DNA of 57,580 nt from a virus (lineage: Duplodnaviria > Heunggongvirae > Uroviricota > Caudoviricetes), in the IMG/VR virus record IMGVR_UViG_2529293084_000006; one strand, written 5' to 3'. Made by a program: the position numbers and the translations under genes. The notes beneath the pieces were generated by a model that had not been told where the DNA came from, did no database searches, and worked only from the letters and a program-made list of their open reading frames with translations. Position 1 is the first letter of the stretch, and every line of letters starts with the position of its first letter. This document shows, one piece after another, positions 45,954 through 55,685 of this stretch.

Positions 45954-46864
45954 TGTTCCATGTTGATAATAATTCCGGCGTGGCGAATATGCCTGAACTG
46001 GCTCCGGCGCAGAGTAATACCACCACCTGGTTTACCGAAGGTGACGGACAAAAAGGTATCAGCTGGATTGGTCAGGACTGGCTGAATATTCTCCAGGCCG
46101 AACTGCTGAATATTCTGGCTGAAGCCAGTATTCAGCCGGATAAGGCGCAGTTAAACCAGCTTACGCTGTCCATTAAAGCCATTATCGCTGCGAATGCCTT
46201 TTCCCGGAAAAACAACCTGAAAGAAATTGCTGATGCCGGTGCGGAAGCCCAGCGTCTGGCCCGTGGTTATCTTGGTCTGGGGACGCTTGCCACAAAAAAC
46301 AGTCTTGGTCCCGCTGACGTTAATGCCCTGGCGAAGGATCAGAACCTTGCCGACCTGGAGAATGCGGAAACCGCCCGTAATAATCTGGATGTTTACAGCA
46401 GGAGCGAAGGTGATAACCGTTACCTGCGCAGGGACCAGAATGGCGCGGATATCCAGGACAAAGGAACCTTTATCGATAACCTCGGTTTACGGGAAACGGT
46501 AAATAAGGCTGCTGATGCCCTGCCATCGGCTGGAACCGCCGTGGCAGCAAACAGACTCGCCACCCCAAGAAATATTAATGGTGTTCCTTTTGACGGAACG
46601 CTGGATATCAACATCACGTCAGGAATGACGCAGTCAACCGCAGATGGCCGGTATGTACAGAATGTTCAGCTTGGAGCACAGAGCTATCATTCACCCGGAG
46701 GCAATGAAATGTCATGGAATTACAGCGCACCTTCCGGTTGTATGCTTTCCGGTATTAACGTGCAGGAAACCGGCTCCCGGTCTGCGGACAATATCGGTGG
46801 GGTCTATTATCGCCCGGTTCAGATTTATATTAATAATACCTGGAGAACGGTAAGTTCAGTGTAA
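45953..46864 (+). CDS. Tail fibre protein (constant N-terminal part plus variable C-terminus in the current orientation)
   Basis: Track ORF 45899..46864 trimmed to ATG 45953 (AAGAGGAG RBS); the coding sequence crosses the left gix site at 46470. Confidence 0.7.
   Translation: MFHVDNNSGVANMPELAPAQSNTTTWFTEGDGQKGISWIGQDWLNILQAELLNILAEASIQPDKAQLNQLTLSIKAIIAANAFSRKNNLKEIADAGAEAQRLARGYLGLGTLATKNSLGPADVNALAKDQNLADLENAETARNNLDVYSRSEGDNRYLRRDQNGADIQDKGTFIDNLGLRETVNKAADALPSAGTAVAANRLATPRNINGVPFDGTLDINITSGMTQSTADGRYVQNVQLGAQSYHSPGGNEMSWNYSAPSGCMLSGINVQETGSRSADNIGGVYYRPVQIYINNTWRTVSSV
46470..46495 (+). promoter_or_regulatory. Left gix-like recombination site TTATCGATAACCTCGGTTTACGGGAA
   Basis: About 22/26 identity to the Mu gix sequence as I recall it; central TC dinucleotide. 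Confidence 0.65.
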
Positions 46865-46898
46865 ACCACAGAAAAGGGTGCTGAATGCACCCTCTGAA

Positions 46899-47420
46899 TT
46901 ATTCCGGTTTTTCCGGCCAGGGAATCGCCTGGTAATGCCCCTCACTGGCAATATCATTAAAGTGCATTTCTTTAAGCTGTCGGATATACGCCATCCAGCG
47001 CGTCAGCTGTAATTTATTTTCATCGCTAATCATGTCCAGTTTTAATTCTGTTTTCCAGTCATCCACGGTTTCGTTGGCTTCCTGGAGCAGCGATGAGCGA
47101 CGCTTTTCAGCAACCGTCTTCCAGTTTACCGGCACCTTTGATATCAGGCCATCAGAAAACTGCCAGTTACCGTCAATATTCACACCTTCCGGCAGTTCGT
47201 CCACTTCAACAACAGTAAAACCTGCCGGATATAAAGCAGAGACATCTTCAGCAACAGAGCAGATAATACCCGTTACAGGCGAAATACAGAGTTTGTATTT
47301 CTTTGTAAAAAGCGGGATAGATTCATAAAAATCCCTTCCGTCCTCACTCTGGAAATACTGAACATCCTCACCATAGGGTTTGTCTTTCGGGTAATATCGT
47401 TTGACATTAATCAGTTGCAT
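46899..47420 (-). CDS. Tail fibre assembly protein (chaperone for the alternative fibre)
   Basis: Track ORF 46899..47471 trimmed to ATG 47420 (MQLINVKRYYP...); inside the invertible segment, downstream of the alternative fibre C-terminus on the same strand. Confidence 0.65.
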   Translation of the reverse strand: MQLINVKRYYPKDKPYGEDVQYFQSEDGRDFYESIPLFTKKYKLCISPVTGIICSVAEDVSALYPAGFTVVEVDELPEGVNIDGNWQFSDGLISKVPVNWKTVAEKRRSSLLQEANETVDDWKTELKLDMISDENKLQLTRWMAYIRQLKEMHFNDIASEGHYQAIPWPEKPE

Positions 47421-47541
47421 AAACATCACCATGTAAATCAATGATAAAAACAGGAATAATACTATCGCCATATACAGGCAATGCTTGTCTGAAATAACGC
47501 ATATTTCAGATGCTGGCTGCTGTGTGCTATGCCCCCGTTAA

Positions 47542-47895
47542 TTAAATACTTGCAGCGGATACCCAATGCCCATTAATACAATATTGTATCTGTCTGTAAT
47601 AAACACGGTCATCACCACCACGCATTTCCCAGTCTCCGTCAGTCTTAAAACCGGTAATCACATTTCCTGATGACAGGGAGTAATTATATTCCAGTCCGCC
47701 GCTTAATGCCTGCGCTCCCAGTCTTACCCCTGTAACATAACGCTGATTGGCCGTTGATTCCGGCATTCCTGACGTAATGTTTATATCCTGCGTGCCGTCA
47801 AAGGCGACACCATTGATTCTGCGGGCATTTGCCAGCCTGCTTGCTGCAACAGCCGTACCGTTTGATGGCAGGGCATTCGCGGCCCTGTTTACCGT
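47542..47895 (-). CDS. Alternative tail-fibre C-terminal coding segment, promoter-less in this orientation
   Basis: Reverse-strand frame homologous to the + strand fibre C-terminus (..NGTAVAA.RLA..R.INGV.FDGT.DINITSGM..); the track ORF 47542..47766 is its distal part; 5' limit approximate. Confidence 0.55.
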   Translation of the reverse strand, partial: TVNRAANALPSNGTAVAASRLANARRINGVAFDGTQDINITSGMPESTANQRYVTGVRLGAQALSGGLEYNYSLSSGNVITGFKTDGDWEMRGGDDRVYYRQIQYCINGHWVSAASI

Positions 47896-47921
47896 ATCCC
47901 GTAAACCGAGGTTTCAGGGAT
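47896..47921 (-). promoter_or_regulatory. Right gix-like recombination site, inverted relative to the left site
   Basis: Reverse complement ATCCCTGAAACCTCGGTTTACGGGAT shares the core with the left site. Confidence 0.65.
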
Positions 47922-47975
47922 GCCGTATATCTACTTTAAAAGGCTTTTCCACCTCTTTTTAAGGAAGGTAAATAC

Positions 47976-48536
47976 ATGCTGATTGGCTATATACGCGTAT
48001 CAACAAATGACCAGAACACCGGTTTACAAAGAAATGCGCTGGAATGTGCAGGATGTGAGCAGATTTTTGAAGACAAAATGAGTGGTAAAACGACACAGCG
48101 GCCGGGACTGAAGCGGGCACTGAAGAAACTAAAACCCGGTGACACGCTGATGGTCTGGAAACTGGACAGGCTGGGGCGCAGTATGCGCCACCTTGTTGCG
48201 CTGACAGATGAATTACAGCAACAGGGGATAAATTTTCGTAGTCTTACTGACAACATTGATACGTCAACCCCCATGGGGCGCTTCTTTTTTCACATAATGG
48301 GTGCGCTGGCAGAAATGGAGCGTGAATTAATTGTCGAACGGACACGGGCTGGTCTTGCAGCTGCCCGTGAAAGGGGACGAACCGGCGGCAGACCCCGCCG
48401 TCTCACGCAGGAACAATACGAGCAGGTCGGGCGTTTACTGGCCGGGGGTGTCAGTCGAAGACAGGTGGCACTTATTTTTGATATCGGTCTTTCAACCCTT
48501 TATCGTTATTATCCTGCGAGCGTTTCGGAAAAATAA
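47976..48536 (+). CDS. gin: Serine recombinase / DNA invertase (Gin/Hin/Pin/Cin family)
   Basis: 186 aa; N-terminal catalytic region (LIGYIRVSTNDQ, MVWKLDRLGRS) and C-terminal HTH; directly beside the invertible segment. Confidence 0.9.
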   Translation: MLIGYIRVSTNDQNTGLQRNALECAGCEQIFEDKMSGKTTQRPGLKRALKKLKPGDTLMVWKLDRLGRSMRHLVALTDELQQQGINFRSLTDNIDTSTPMGRFFFHIMGALAEMERELIVERTRAGLAAARERGRTGGRPRRLTQEQYEQVGRLLAGGVSRRQVALIFDIGLSTLYRYYPASVSEK

Positions 48537-48635
48537 GACGCTCTCTTTGTTGGGCCTTTACTGAATTAACGCAAAATGGCGTTTATCGGTCTGTGGATAT
48601 GATAATTCAGTTTATTCAGGAACAGGCTGATTATT

Positions 48636-50675
48636 ATGACGTCCAAATGGGTTCAACTATCATCAATGCCCGGAAACTTTACTGTTAAAGTTTCCGGTGG
48701 TACAGCGGCATTTCTTGAGGCTCCCTTTCCTCCGGCCGAAACAAAAGGAGGAATGACATTTGCTGACTGTCTCATCAGTTTTAATACACGGGATTGCCTG
48801 TGGGTAAGGCCAGTATCCGGTGATCCGAGTGTGGAAATTACCGGAGCGGGTATTGGTGCGGTCATTCCGTTAAGTGCTGATGTTGCCGGTACTGCTGAAC
48901 CGTCAGACTGGGATAATGCTGAAACACATACCCGTCCGTCAGGAAATGAAACTGCTTCCAGCTCCCCTTCCTGGTATTACGTGGTGGTTCTTGCTGGTCA
49001 GTCAAACGGTATGGCTTACGGTGAAGGTCTGCCACTGCCGGAGACATATGACCGCCCCGAACCGCGTATTATGCAGTTAGCCCGTCGCAGTACAGTCACG
49101 CCGGGAGGTAAAGCCTGTCAGTATAACGACATCATTCTGGCCGACCACTGTCTGCATGATGTGCAGGATATGAGTGGAAAAAATCACCCGAAAGCGGATG
49201 TGGCTAAAGGGCAATATGGCACCGTGGGTCAGGGGCTTCACATTGCCAAAAAACTGCTGCCGTTTATTCCGGCAGATGCGGGGATTCTGCTGGTTCCCTG
49301 CTGCCGTGGTGGTTCTGCATTCACGGCGGGTGCTGACGGCACGTACAGTGACAGCACGGGTGCTTCAGAGGACTCAGCCCGCTGGGGTGTGGATAAGCCG
49401 CTGTATAAGGACTTAATCAGCCGGACAAAAGCGGCACTGGCGAAGAACCCGAAAAACCGCCTGCTTGCTGTGGTGTGGATGCAGGGCGAGTTTGATATTG
49501 ATGCGAAGCCGACGGAGCATTCTGCGCTGTTTCTGGCGATGGTGGAAAAATTCCGCGCAGACCTGGCTGAACAGGCGGAACAGTGTACCGGTGGCAGTGC
49601 TGCTGGCGTTCCGTGGATTTGTGGCGATACCACGTATTTCTGGAAACAGAAAAATGAACCAGCATACCAGGCAATCTATGGCGGCTACAAAAACAAAACA
49701 GATAAAAACATTCATTTCGTTCCATTAATGACAGATGAAAATGGCGTGAATGTACCCACCAACAATCCGGCAGAAGACCCGGATATTGAATCCATTGGTT
49801 ATTACGGCTCAACGTGGCGTAACAGTGCCGCTACCTGGACATCTGCGGACCGGGCCAGCCATTTCAGTGCCTGGGCGCGCCGGGGTATTATTTCTGACCG
49901 TCTGGCCACGGCTGTTCTGACTCATGCAGGGCGAACCACAGTAAAAGCCGATGTTCCATCTTCTGAAACTGAAGCACCAGTGCCGTCACCTTCAGAAACT
50001 GAAGCAGTAACCACAACACTGCTGTCTTACCGTGTCAGTGAGTCAGAAGGAAATCTGAAAGCCCAGGGCTGGGAGCCGGCTGGCGGTAAAGCTGAAATTA
50101 TCAGTGATGCAGGAGGCACAGGTGGTAAGGCAATGAAACTGACCAAGGAAACAGGTAAATCATCCTGGTATCTGGATCATGATGCCGGTACTGGTGCTGA
50201 ACTGCTGAAAAATGGTGGTTTAATCAGTTGTCGTTTTAAAGTACCTGGCGACCTGGTGGCAAACCAGTATGTCATGGCGCTGTACTGGCCGGTTTCCTCT
50301 CTGCCGCAGGGTGTCACCCTGACAGGGGATGCAGGGAATAATCTGCTGGCATCGTTCTACATCCAGACAGACGCAAAAGACCTGAATGTGATGTACCACA
50401 ATGCAAAAGTGGCAACAAATAACCAGAAACTGGGAACCTTTGGTGCATTTGATAATGAATGGCATACGCTGGCCTTCCGTTTTGCAGGAAATAACAGCCT
50501 TCAGGTTATTCCGGTTATTGATGGTCAGGATGGTGCCGCGTTTACCCTGACGCAGTCACCAGTAGGAACTTTCCCGGTGGACAAACTCCGCGTAACGGAT
50601 ATCACCAAAAATGCAACTTACCCGGTGCTGATTGACAGCATTGTGGTGGAAGTGAAAAAAGCGGTAACAGAATAA
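48636..50675 (+). CDS. SGNH-hydrolase family esterase, likely a sialate O-acetylesterase of the prophage NanS-p type
   Basis: 679 aa; GQSNG block (VVLAGQSNGMAYGE) typical of SGNH hydrolases; size and multidomain layout resemble prophage esterases of enterohaemorrhagic E. coli; family assignment is from motifs only. Confidence 0.6.
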   Translation: MTSKWVQLSSMPGNFTVKVSGGTAAFLEAPFPPAETKGGMTFADCLISFNTRDCLWVRPVSGDPSVEITGAGIGAVIPLSADVAGTAEPSDWDNAETHTRPSGNETASSSPSWYYVVVLAGQSNGMAYGEGLPLPETYDRPEPRIMQLARRSTVTPGGKACQYNDIILADHCLHDVQDMSGKNHPKADVAKGQYGTVGQGLHIAKKLLPFIPADAGILLVPCCRGGSAFTAGADGTYSDSTGASEDSARWGVDKPLYKDLISRTKAALAKNPKNRLLAVVWMQGEFDIDAKPTEHSALFLAMVEKFRADLAEQAEQCTGGSAAGVPWICGDTTYFWKQKNEPAYQAIYGGYKNKTDKNIHFVPLMTDENGVNVPTNNPAEDPDIESIGYYGSTWRNSAATWTSADRASHFSAWARRGIISDRLATAVLTHAGRTTVKADVPSSETEAPVPSPSETEAVTTTLLSYRVSESEGNLKAQGWEPAGGKAEIISDAGGTGGKAMKLTKETGKSSWYLDHDAGTGAELLKNGGLISCRFKVPGDLVANQYVMALYWPVSSLPQGVTLTGDAGNNLLASFYIQTDAKDLNVMYHNAKVATNNQKLGTFGAFDNEWHTLAFRFAGNNSLQVIPVIDGQDGAAFTLTQSPVGTFPVDKLRVTDITKNATYPVLIDSIVVEVKKAVTE

Positions 50676-50821
50676 AAAAATCCCGCCGGTCATGATATGG
50701 CTGGCGGGAGCTACCTAACCCATAAAGGAAAATAAAAATACTCCCGAAGGAGTGGTTATCAGTCGCTTCGATGTTTTTACCCGATAACGAATTATGTAGT
50801 CAATATCAAAGGTAAGGTTAT

Positions 50822-51004
50822 ATGACATTCGTTCATACAATGCTGCTTTATTTCTGCGCTGTGGTCAGTGCGTTATATCTGGTGAGCGGCGGTTATAAGG
50901 TCATCAGAAATTATATTCGCCGTAAAATTGATGATGCGGCAGCTGAAAAACTCAGTAAAACAGCACAGGCACCGTCATCCCCAAACGACCCGACCCCGCT
51001 CTGA
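50822..51004 (+). CDS. Small membrane protein, unknown function
   Basis: 60 aa; one N-terminal TM helix then a charged tail. Confidence 0.35.
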   Translation: MTFVHTMLLYFCAVVSALYLVSGGYKVIRNYIRRKIDDAAAEKLSKTAQAPSSPNDPTPL

Positions 51005-51039
51005 TAACGGGGCAATATACCTGCAAAAGGAGAATATTC

Positions 51040-51285
51040 ATGCCAGAGATTAAAGGCACGGTTACTGAAGAGCTTGTCAAACAGGCACTTTATTCTGAAG
51101 AAGTGAACCGCGTGCTGAAGGCGCAGGTTCGCAAGGATTTTGAGGCACAAATCGACGCATATGTTGATGAAGTGCTGGCCCGAATGGTTGGCCGTTCTCC
51201 GGCTGAAAACAGCACGGAAAATGATCCTCAACCCGTAGAGCAACCAGAGCCGGTTCAGCCCGGAACTGACGGTACTATGATGTAA
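51040..51285 (+). CDS. Small acidic protein, unknown function
   Basis: 81 aa; acidic, Pro/Glu-rich C-terminus; GGAG RBS. Confidence 0.35.
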   Translation: MPEIKGTVTEELVKQALYSEEVNRVLKAQVRKDFEAQIDAYVDEVLARMVGRSPAENSTENDPQPVEQPEPVQPGTDGTMM

Positions 51286-51836
51286 CAATACCGACCGGCA
51301 GGTTTCCCTGCCGGGTGAGTTTGTTAATGCACGTTTTGTGTATTTTCCCTCCTGGGAGAACAGGCAGGACATATCAGCATCCTGAAACAGGAAGCATTTT
51401 TGGGTTTGTATGTCTTGCCATTTTGAGATCGAGAACGGCGATAGATGAGCTGTAAGGGAGTCTTACAGGCAGGGCAAACAGGCTCTTTCATCCATGATAA
51501 AGATCTCCTTTTTATGCATCTCTGCTTTACAGGAGACTGGGGAATATCATAGGATACGCCACGAGCTCGAAGTAAAGCATTGATGCAAAATTGTCTAAAT
51601 CGGCCCAGAATAGTTCGCGCTATCTGGGTCGCTCTTTATGTATGTAGTATCCCATTGATTTGAAACATACTACATATACGCGCGATCCTACCTTCACTAT
51701 ATAAAAAGTCAATAAAATGATCATTTTATGATCGTTTTCACCACCTAACTCTTCGTTTTCTTTAAGTAAATAATCACCTACCTGAATCATTGTTGATGAC
51801 TTTTCAATCTATTTGTTGTATCAATTAAACAAATCG

Positions 51837-51861
51837 AATCGATCGTTTTTGTCGATCGATT
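51837..51861 (+). promoter_or_regulatory. GATC-containing palindrome AATCGATCG-7bp-CGATCGATT about 45 bp upstream of com
   Basis: Read directly; two Dam sites in the arms. In Mu, mom expression depends on Dam methylation of GATC sites upstream of its promoter. Confidence 0.45.
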
Positions 51862-51904
51862 GCATGAGAAAGGCATCAACAACAAAGCAGGAGGTTATGC
51901 GGCC

Positions 51905-52105
51905 ATGTATCGAAACATACGGTGCCGACACTGCAATAAGCTACTGGCACGGGCCAGTTTCAGTTATCTGGAAGTAAAATGTCCGCGCTGTAAAACCCTC
52001 AATCAAATCACATCTCCGAGCGCCACAGAGCACCCCACATACACAAGGAAATCCTGTCGTGGGGAACAGAAAGCAAGTCACATCCCGAATCATCAGCACG
52101 CCTGA
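51905..52105 (+). CDS. com: Com-like zinc-finger translational activator of mom
   Basis: Track ORF 51860..52105 trimmed to ATG 51905 (AGGAGG RBS); [10 protein letters not shown]...[10 protein letters not shown] matches the Mu Com zinc finger as I recall it; overlaps the mom start. Confidence 0.7.
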   Translation: MYRNIRCRHCNKLLARASFSYLEVKCPRCKTLNQITSPSATEHPTYTRKSCRGEQKASHIPNHQHA

Positions 52106-52796
52106 ACTTATTCGCTATAACGACAATATCGTTGGTTATGGCTCCCGTGAGTTGCGGGTTGAGACAATAAGTTGCTGGCTGGCCAGACTGGTCATCGTCA
52201 ATAAACATTACAGCCACCGTTTCGTAAATAACTCCTACCTTCATCTGGGCATATTTTCAGAACGGGAACTTGTTGGCGTAATGCAATGGGGTTACGCCCT
52301 TAACCCAAACAGTGGTGCACGCGTCGTAACGGGTACGCAGAACCGAGAATATATGGAGCTTAACCGGCTATGGCTGCATGACTGTATGCCGAGAAACTCC
52401 GAATCAAGGGCAATCAGTTACGCGCTCAAGCTAATCAGGCAGCTTTATCCGCAGGTACAGTGGGTTCAGTCGTTTGCAGATGAGCGTTGTGGCTGTCTTG
52501 GTGTCGTGTATCAGGCAAGCAATTTTGATTATGTAGGCAGCCATGAATCAATATTCTATGAACTTGATGGCGAGTGGTATCACGAGATTTGCAGGAATGC
52601 CATTAAACGAGGCGGACAACGAGGTGAACATCTGAGGGCTAATATTGACAGAGCCAATGTTCATAAGTTCCGACAGTTTCGTTACATCCGGTTTCTGAAC
52701 AAGAGGGCCAAAAAACGCCTCAACACAAAGCTATTCAAAGTCCAGCCTTACCCAAAACCACAAACAGTTAAAACTGGTTTGAAAGAGAGTGAATGA
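52059..52796 (+). CDS. mom: Mom-like DNA modification protein
   Basis: 245-aa ORF overlapping com, the last gene before the right end, as in Mu. Confidence 0.65.
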   Translation: MGNRKQVTSRIISTPELIRYNDNIVGYGSRELRVETISCWLARLVIVNKHYSHRFVNNSYLHLGIFSERELVGVMQWGYALNPNSGARVVTGTQNREYMELNRLWLHDCMPRNSESRAISYALKLIRQLYPQVQWVQSFADERCGCLGVVYQASNFDYVGSHESIFYELDGEWYHEICRNAIKRGGQRGEHLRANIDRANVHKFRQFRYIRFLNKRAKKRLNTKLFKVQPYPKPQTVKTGLKESE

Positions 52797-52840
52797 GCGC
52801 TTAAAAACTCATTCTAAAACTCAAAAGAAAAGCGCCGATT

Positions 52841-52924
52841 TAGTATCAAATAAGTTGCGTATCGGCGTTTTTCAGCAGTATCAAATGAAATGCAAATCGG
52901 TATCAAAAAAATCGCCGCGCTATA
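52841..52924 (+). repeat. Mu-like right end with three inverted transposase-binding repeats (R1-R3-like)
   Basis: GTATCAAA at 52841, 52878 and 52899; the last 30 bp align in inverse orientation to the left end (TTGATACC at the same offset). The terminus reads ..GCGCTATA, not the canonical ..CA. Confidence 0.55.
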
Positions 52925-53804
52925 AGAAGGTGGCTTTTTCGAGGTCATTAATCATGTGCGCAGGAATATTGAAAATACCGGCAATCATTGAACGGTTCAG
53001 TTTCATCATGTCAATGATCTGAGCGTCAACTGGCGACACAGTCAGTGCCTTGTAATCCAGATCGGCTGGCAGCAGCATGGTTTTGTTTTCCTGGCTGCGT
53101 AACGCCTGCGATGCCTTCTGCCACTGATCTTTAAGCCAGCCCCAGCTGTCCTTATTGAGTCCGCTTTTAACGGATACTATCCCCGCCGGACGGGCATTAC
53201 CGCTGAAGAAGCTTTCTGTGTATTTCTGACCGCTCATCCCCATGCCTATTGTTTCGGCATGTTGCATAATCGGACTCAGCCCCATCTTCTGATTATTACC
53301 CAGCGCACGGATGTGGATCATATCGTCGGGGCTGATCGCAAACGCCCCATATTCGTTGTACAAACCGTAGGTATATCGGCCACCAGTATTCATCAGCGTC
53401 GTTTCCCACGGCATACAGCAATCCAGGGATATGACTTCACCGCGACGATTACGTTTCACCCAGGTATACCCATTCCCCCAGCCAAGGATGTGACGTTGCT
53501 TCAGTTCGCGCCATTTGTAACTGGTTTGCCAGGTATTGGGCTCATCATGAACCAGATAAAACGCCGGATGATCGCGTGCGGGCTCAACCTTCCCATTGTG
53601 CCTGCGCATAACATGCAACGGCATCTGGGCAAGGCTGGAAGACAGGACATAGATACAGGAATACACCGCAGCCAGTTTCATCGCAGTTTCAGGACTGACA
53701 TAAACGTCTGTCCGGAACAGCCCATCAGTATCAACGGCATCCCCGGTTATCGGGGTGGAAGGATTCTCCAGTGATTTACTTCTGAACAGAGCATCAAGCA
53801 GCAC
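52920..53804 (-). pseudogene. Portal protein N-terminal fragment (gene interrupted by the Mu-like insertion)
   Basis: 294-aa ORF ending ..HMINDLEKATF then L-stop read from the Mu right end; continues in frame with 13278..13646. Confidence 0.75.
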
Positions 53805-53955
53805 GCGTCCCCCTTCTGGCCATAGCCAGTGCGCCCACCAGCAGTAAACCGCCGGACAGCATCAGAGCCGGAGCCATACCAAACTGCAGGTAAAACCCGC
53901 ACGTAAGCAGGCCAAAACCAGCCAGCCCGATAACATCAGCAATTAGTGATTTCAT
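53794..53955 (-). CDS. Small membrane protein between terminase and portal
   Basis: 53-aa ORF below the track cutoff ([26 protein letters not shown]...); ATG overlaps the terminase stop (ATGA). Confidence 0.3.
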   Translation of the reverse strand: MKSLIADVIGLAGFGLLTCGFYLQFGMAPALMLSGGLLLVGALAMARRGTRAA

Positions 53956-55685
53956 AGAATTAAGAGAGCATCGTCCGGATCAAGAGATGAGAGGAAATCG
54001 TCGGGTTCTTTGAGCATTGCCCGACCGATCGCCATAATCAGCGCAACCGCACCATCGATTTTGTTTTCCGCCTGCTCCTTGACAGGCTTCACCACATCAT
54101 CGTTACCCGGAATGGTTTTGCCGACCACGTTGCCGATACACCAGGTCATGATGGGATTGCCGTCATGATGAAAGCGCCCCGATTCAATCGCCGCTTCCAG
54201 CTCTTTCATCGGATCGGACATGTTGGTGTAGTTCTGAATGATGGTGATGGGGTTCAGGTCTTCATCAGCAAGGTCATGCGACAGCCCGGTCGCCCCGAAG
54301 GGGTCGATGGGTGACTCACTGACCGGGCTGATTTTGTTCGCCGCTTTGGCCTCCTCGAGGATGTACCGATAATCCACCTCCGCACCAGCGGTAACAGTCA
54401 GAACGCCCATTTCCACCCATTTCTGAAAGCGTTCGGCTGTCCGGCGATCTTCATTTTTCTCGACGCTGTACACCGTGTCATACGGTACCCAGAAACGCGG
54501 GGCCACACTGTAGTAATGCGTTTTACCGTCAATCTCGCGGGTATAAAGTCGCGCCATGCTGTTCATATCCAGCTTACGCGCCAGGTCAAAGGCCAGAATG
54601 CACGGCTGCCCCTCGAACTGCTCAAGGGTCAGTGATTTATCCTCGCAGCTCTGCCAGCTCACCAGGTTGAAATACGCCGAACGCGCCGACACCCAGATAT
54701 TGAGGTGTTTTGTTTTAAAGACGTTTGCCAGACGGGCGTTATTTTTCGCACGCTGCTGCTGACTTAACAAAAATTCGCGATAAACCGACACGCCAATATT
54801 TGGATTGGCTTTTTCCAGCACCTGCGGGTCGATCCAGTCGTCACCTTCATCAACGGTATAGATGATCCCGAACAGTTCATCGTTGGGTACCGAACCGTTG
54901 AGCATCTCGATAACTTCCCGCCGCTTGTCGTAGCACGGCCCCTCAATGTTGTACCCGGCGGTGGTGATGGCCCACATCAGTGGCTGACGTCGCGCCCCCA
55001 TCCCGGTAAGCATCGTGGTATAAAGCGCATCGGTGGCGTGCTCGTGATATTCATCCACCACCGCACAGTGGGGTGATGAACCATCACCAGGGTTACCGAT
55101 CAGCGGTTCAAACCGCGCACCATCCTCCGGACGGTTCATGTTTGAGGCGTTAACCTCAATCCCGAACGCTTCCGTCAGCATGGGTGTGCGTTTACACATC
55201 AGTCGTGCCGGACGAAAGACTTCCCATGCCTGTTTCTCCGTCGTGGCACCGGAATACACTTCCGCGCCGAACTCGTTATCACAGGCAAAACAATACAGGG
55301 CGACACCGGCAGAGATTGCCGATTTGCCGTTCTTACGGGGGATTTCGGTATACACCTCCCGGAAGCGGCGCAGCCGGGAGCCTTTATTGACCCAGCCAAA
55401 CGCGCAGCAGATCACAAAGAGCTGCCACGGCTCCAGCGTGATGGGCATCCGTTTGAATGCCCACTCACCCTTGGTGTGCGGCAACAGCTGAATAAATTTC
55501 GCGGCCCGTTCAGCCAGGTCCTTGTCGAAGCGGTAACGAAACGACTTACTTTTTTCCGCCATCAGGTCATCAAGATGGCGCTGGCAGGCCTGAATCACAA
55601 ACTGGCAGGCCACAATCTTTCCGCGCACGACATCACGGGCATACTGATTTGCAGCATTTACGTTGGGGTAAGATTTCCGGCTCAT
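53952..55685 (-). CDS. Terminase large subunit
   Basis: 577 aa between small terminase and portal, with the size and placement expected of a large terminase. Confidence 0.8.
   Translation of the reverse strand: MSRKSYPNVNAANQYARDVVRGKIVACQFVIQACQRHLDDLMAEKSKSFRYRFDKDLAERAAKFIQLLPHTKGEWAFKRMPITLEPWQLFVICCAFGWVNKGSRLRRFREVYTEIPRKNGKSAISAGVALYCFACDNEFGAEVYSGATTEKQAWEVFRPARLMCKRTPMLTEAFGIEVNASNMNRPEDGARFEPLIGNPGDGSSPHCAVVDEYHEHATDALYTTMLTGMGARRQPLMWAITTAGYNIEGPCYDKRREVIEMLNGSVPNDELFGIIYTVDEGDDWIDPQVLEKANPNIGVSVYREFLLSQQQRAKNNARLANVFKTKHLNIWVSARSAYFNLVSWQSCEDKSLTLEQFEGQPCILAFDLARKLDMNSMARLYTREIDGKTHYYSVAPRFWVPYDTVYSVEKNEDRRTAERFQKWVEMGVLTVTAGAEVDYRYILEEAKAANKISPVSESPIDPFGATGLSHDLADEDLNPITIIQNYTNMSDPMKELEAAIESGRFHHDGNPIMTWCIGNVVGKTIPGNDDVVKPVKEQAENKIDGAVALIMAIGRAMLKEPDDFLSSLDPDDALLIL

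Larger units (their letters stand above)
46470..47921. other. Gin-type invertible DNA segment (G-segment-like, ~1.45 kb) carrying alternative tail-fibre C-termini
   Basis: Bounded by inverted gix-like sites with an identical 17-bp core; about 200 bp inside each end is homologous tail-fibre coding sequence in inverted orientation; gin lies immediately downstream. Confidence 0.75.
13629..52924 (+). mobile_element. Mu-like transposable prophage (~39.3 kb)
   Basis: Full Mu gene order from c/ner/A/B to gin and com/mom; TG at the left terminus; three TTTGATAC repeats at each end; inserted inside a portal ORF with an AGAA flanking repeat. Confidence 0.85.

Noticed and set aside
47976-48536. Possible integrase marking a site-specific integration module
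   Set aside because: The protein is a small serine invertase next to inverted gix sites, not a tyrosine integrase; the element's ends and transposase indicate transposition.
50676-50706. Possible intrinsic terminator after the esterase gene
   Set aside because: A 7-bp stem (TCCCGCC/GGCGGGA) exists but the loop is 15 nt and no T-run follows on the + strand; the A-run precedes it.
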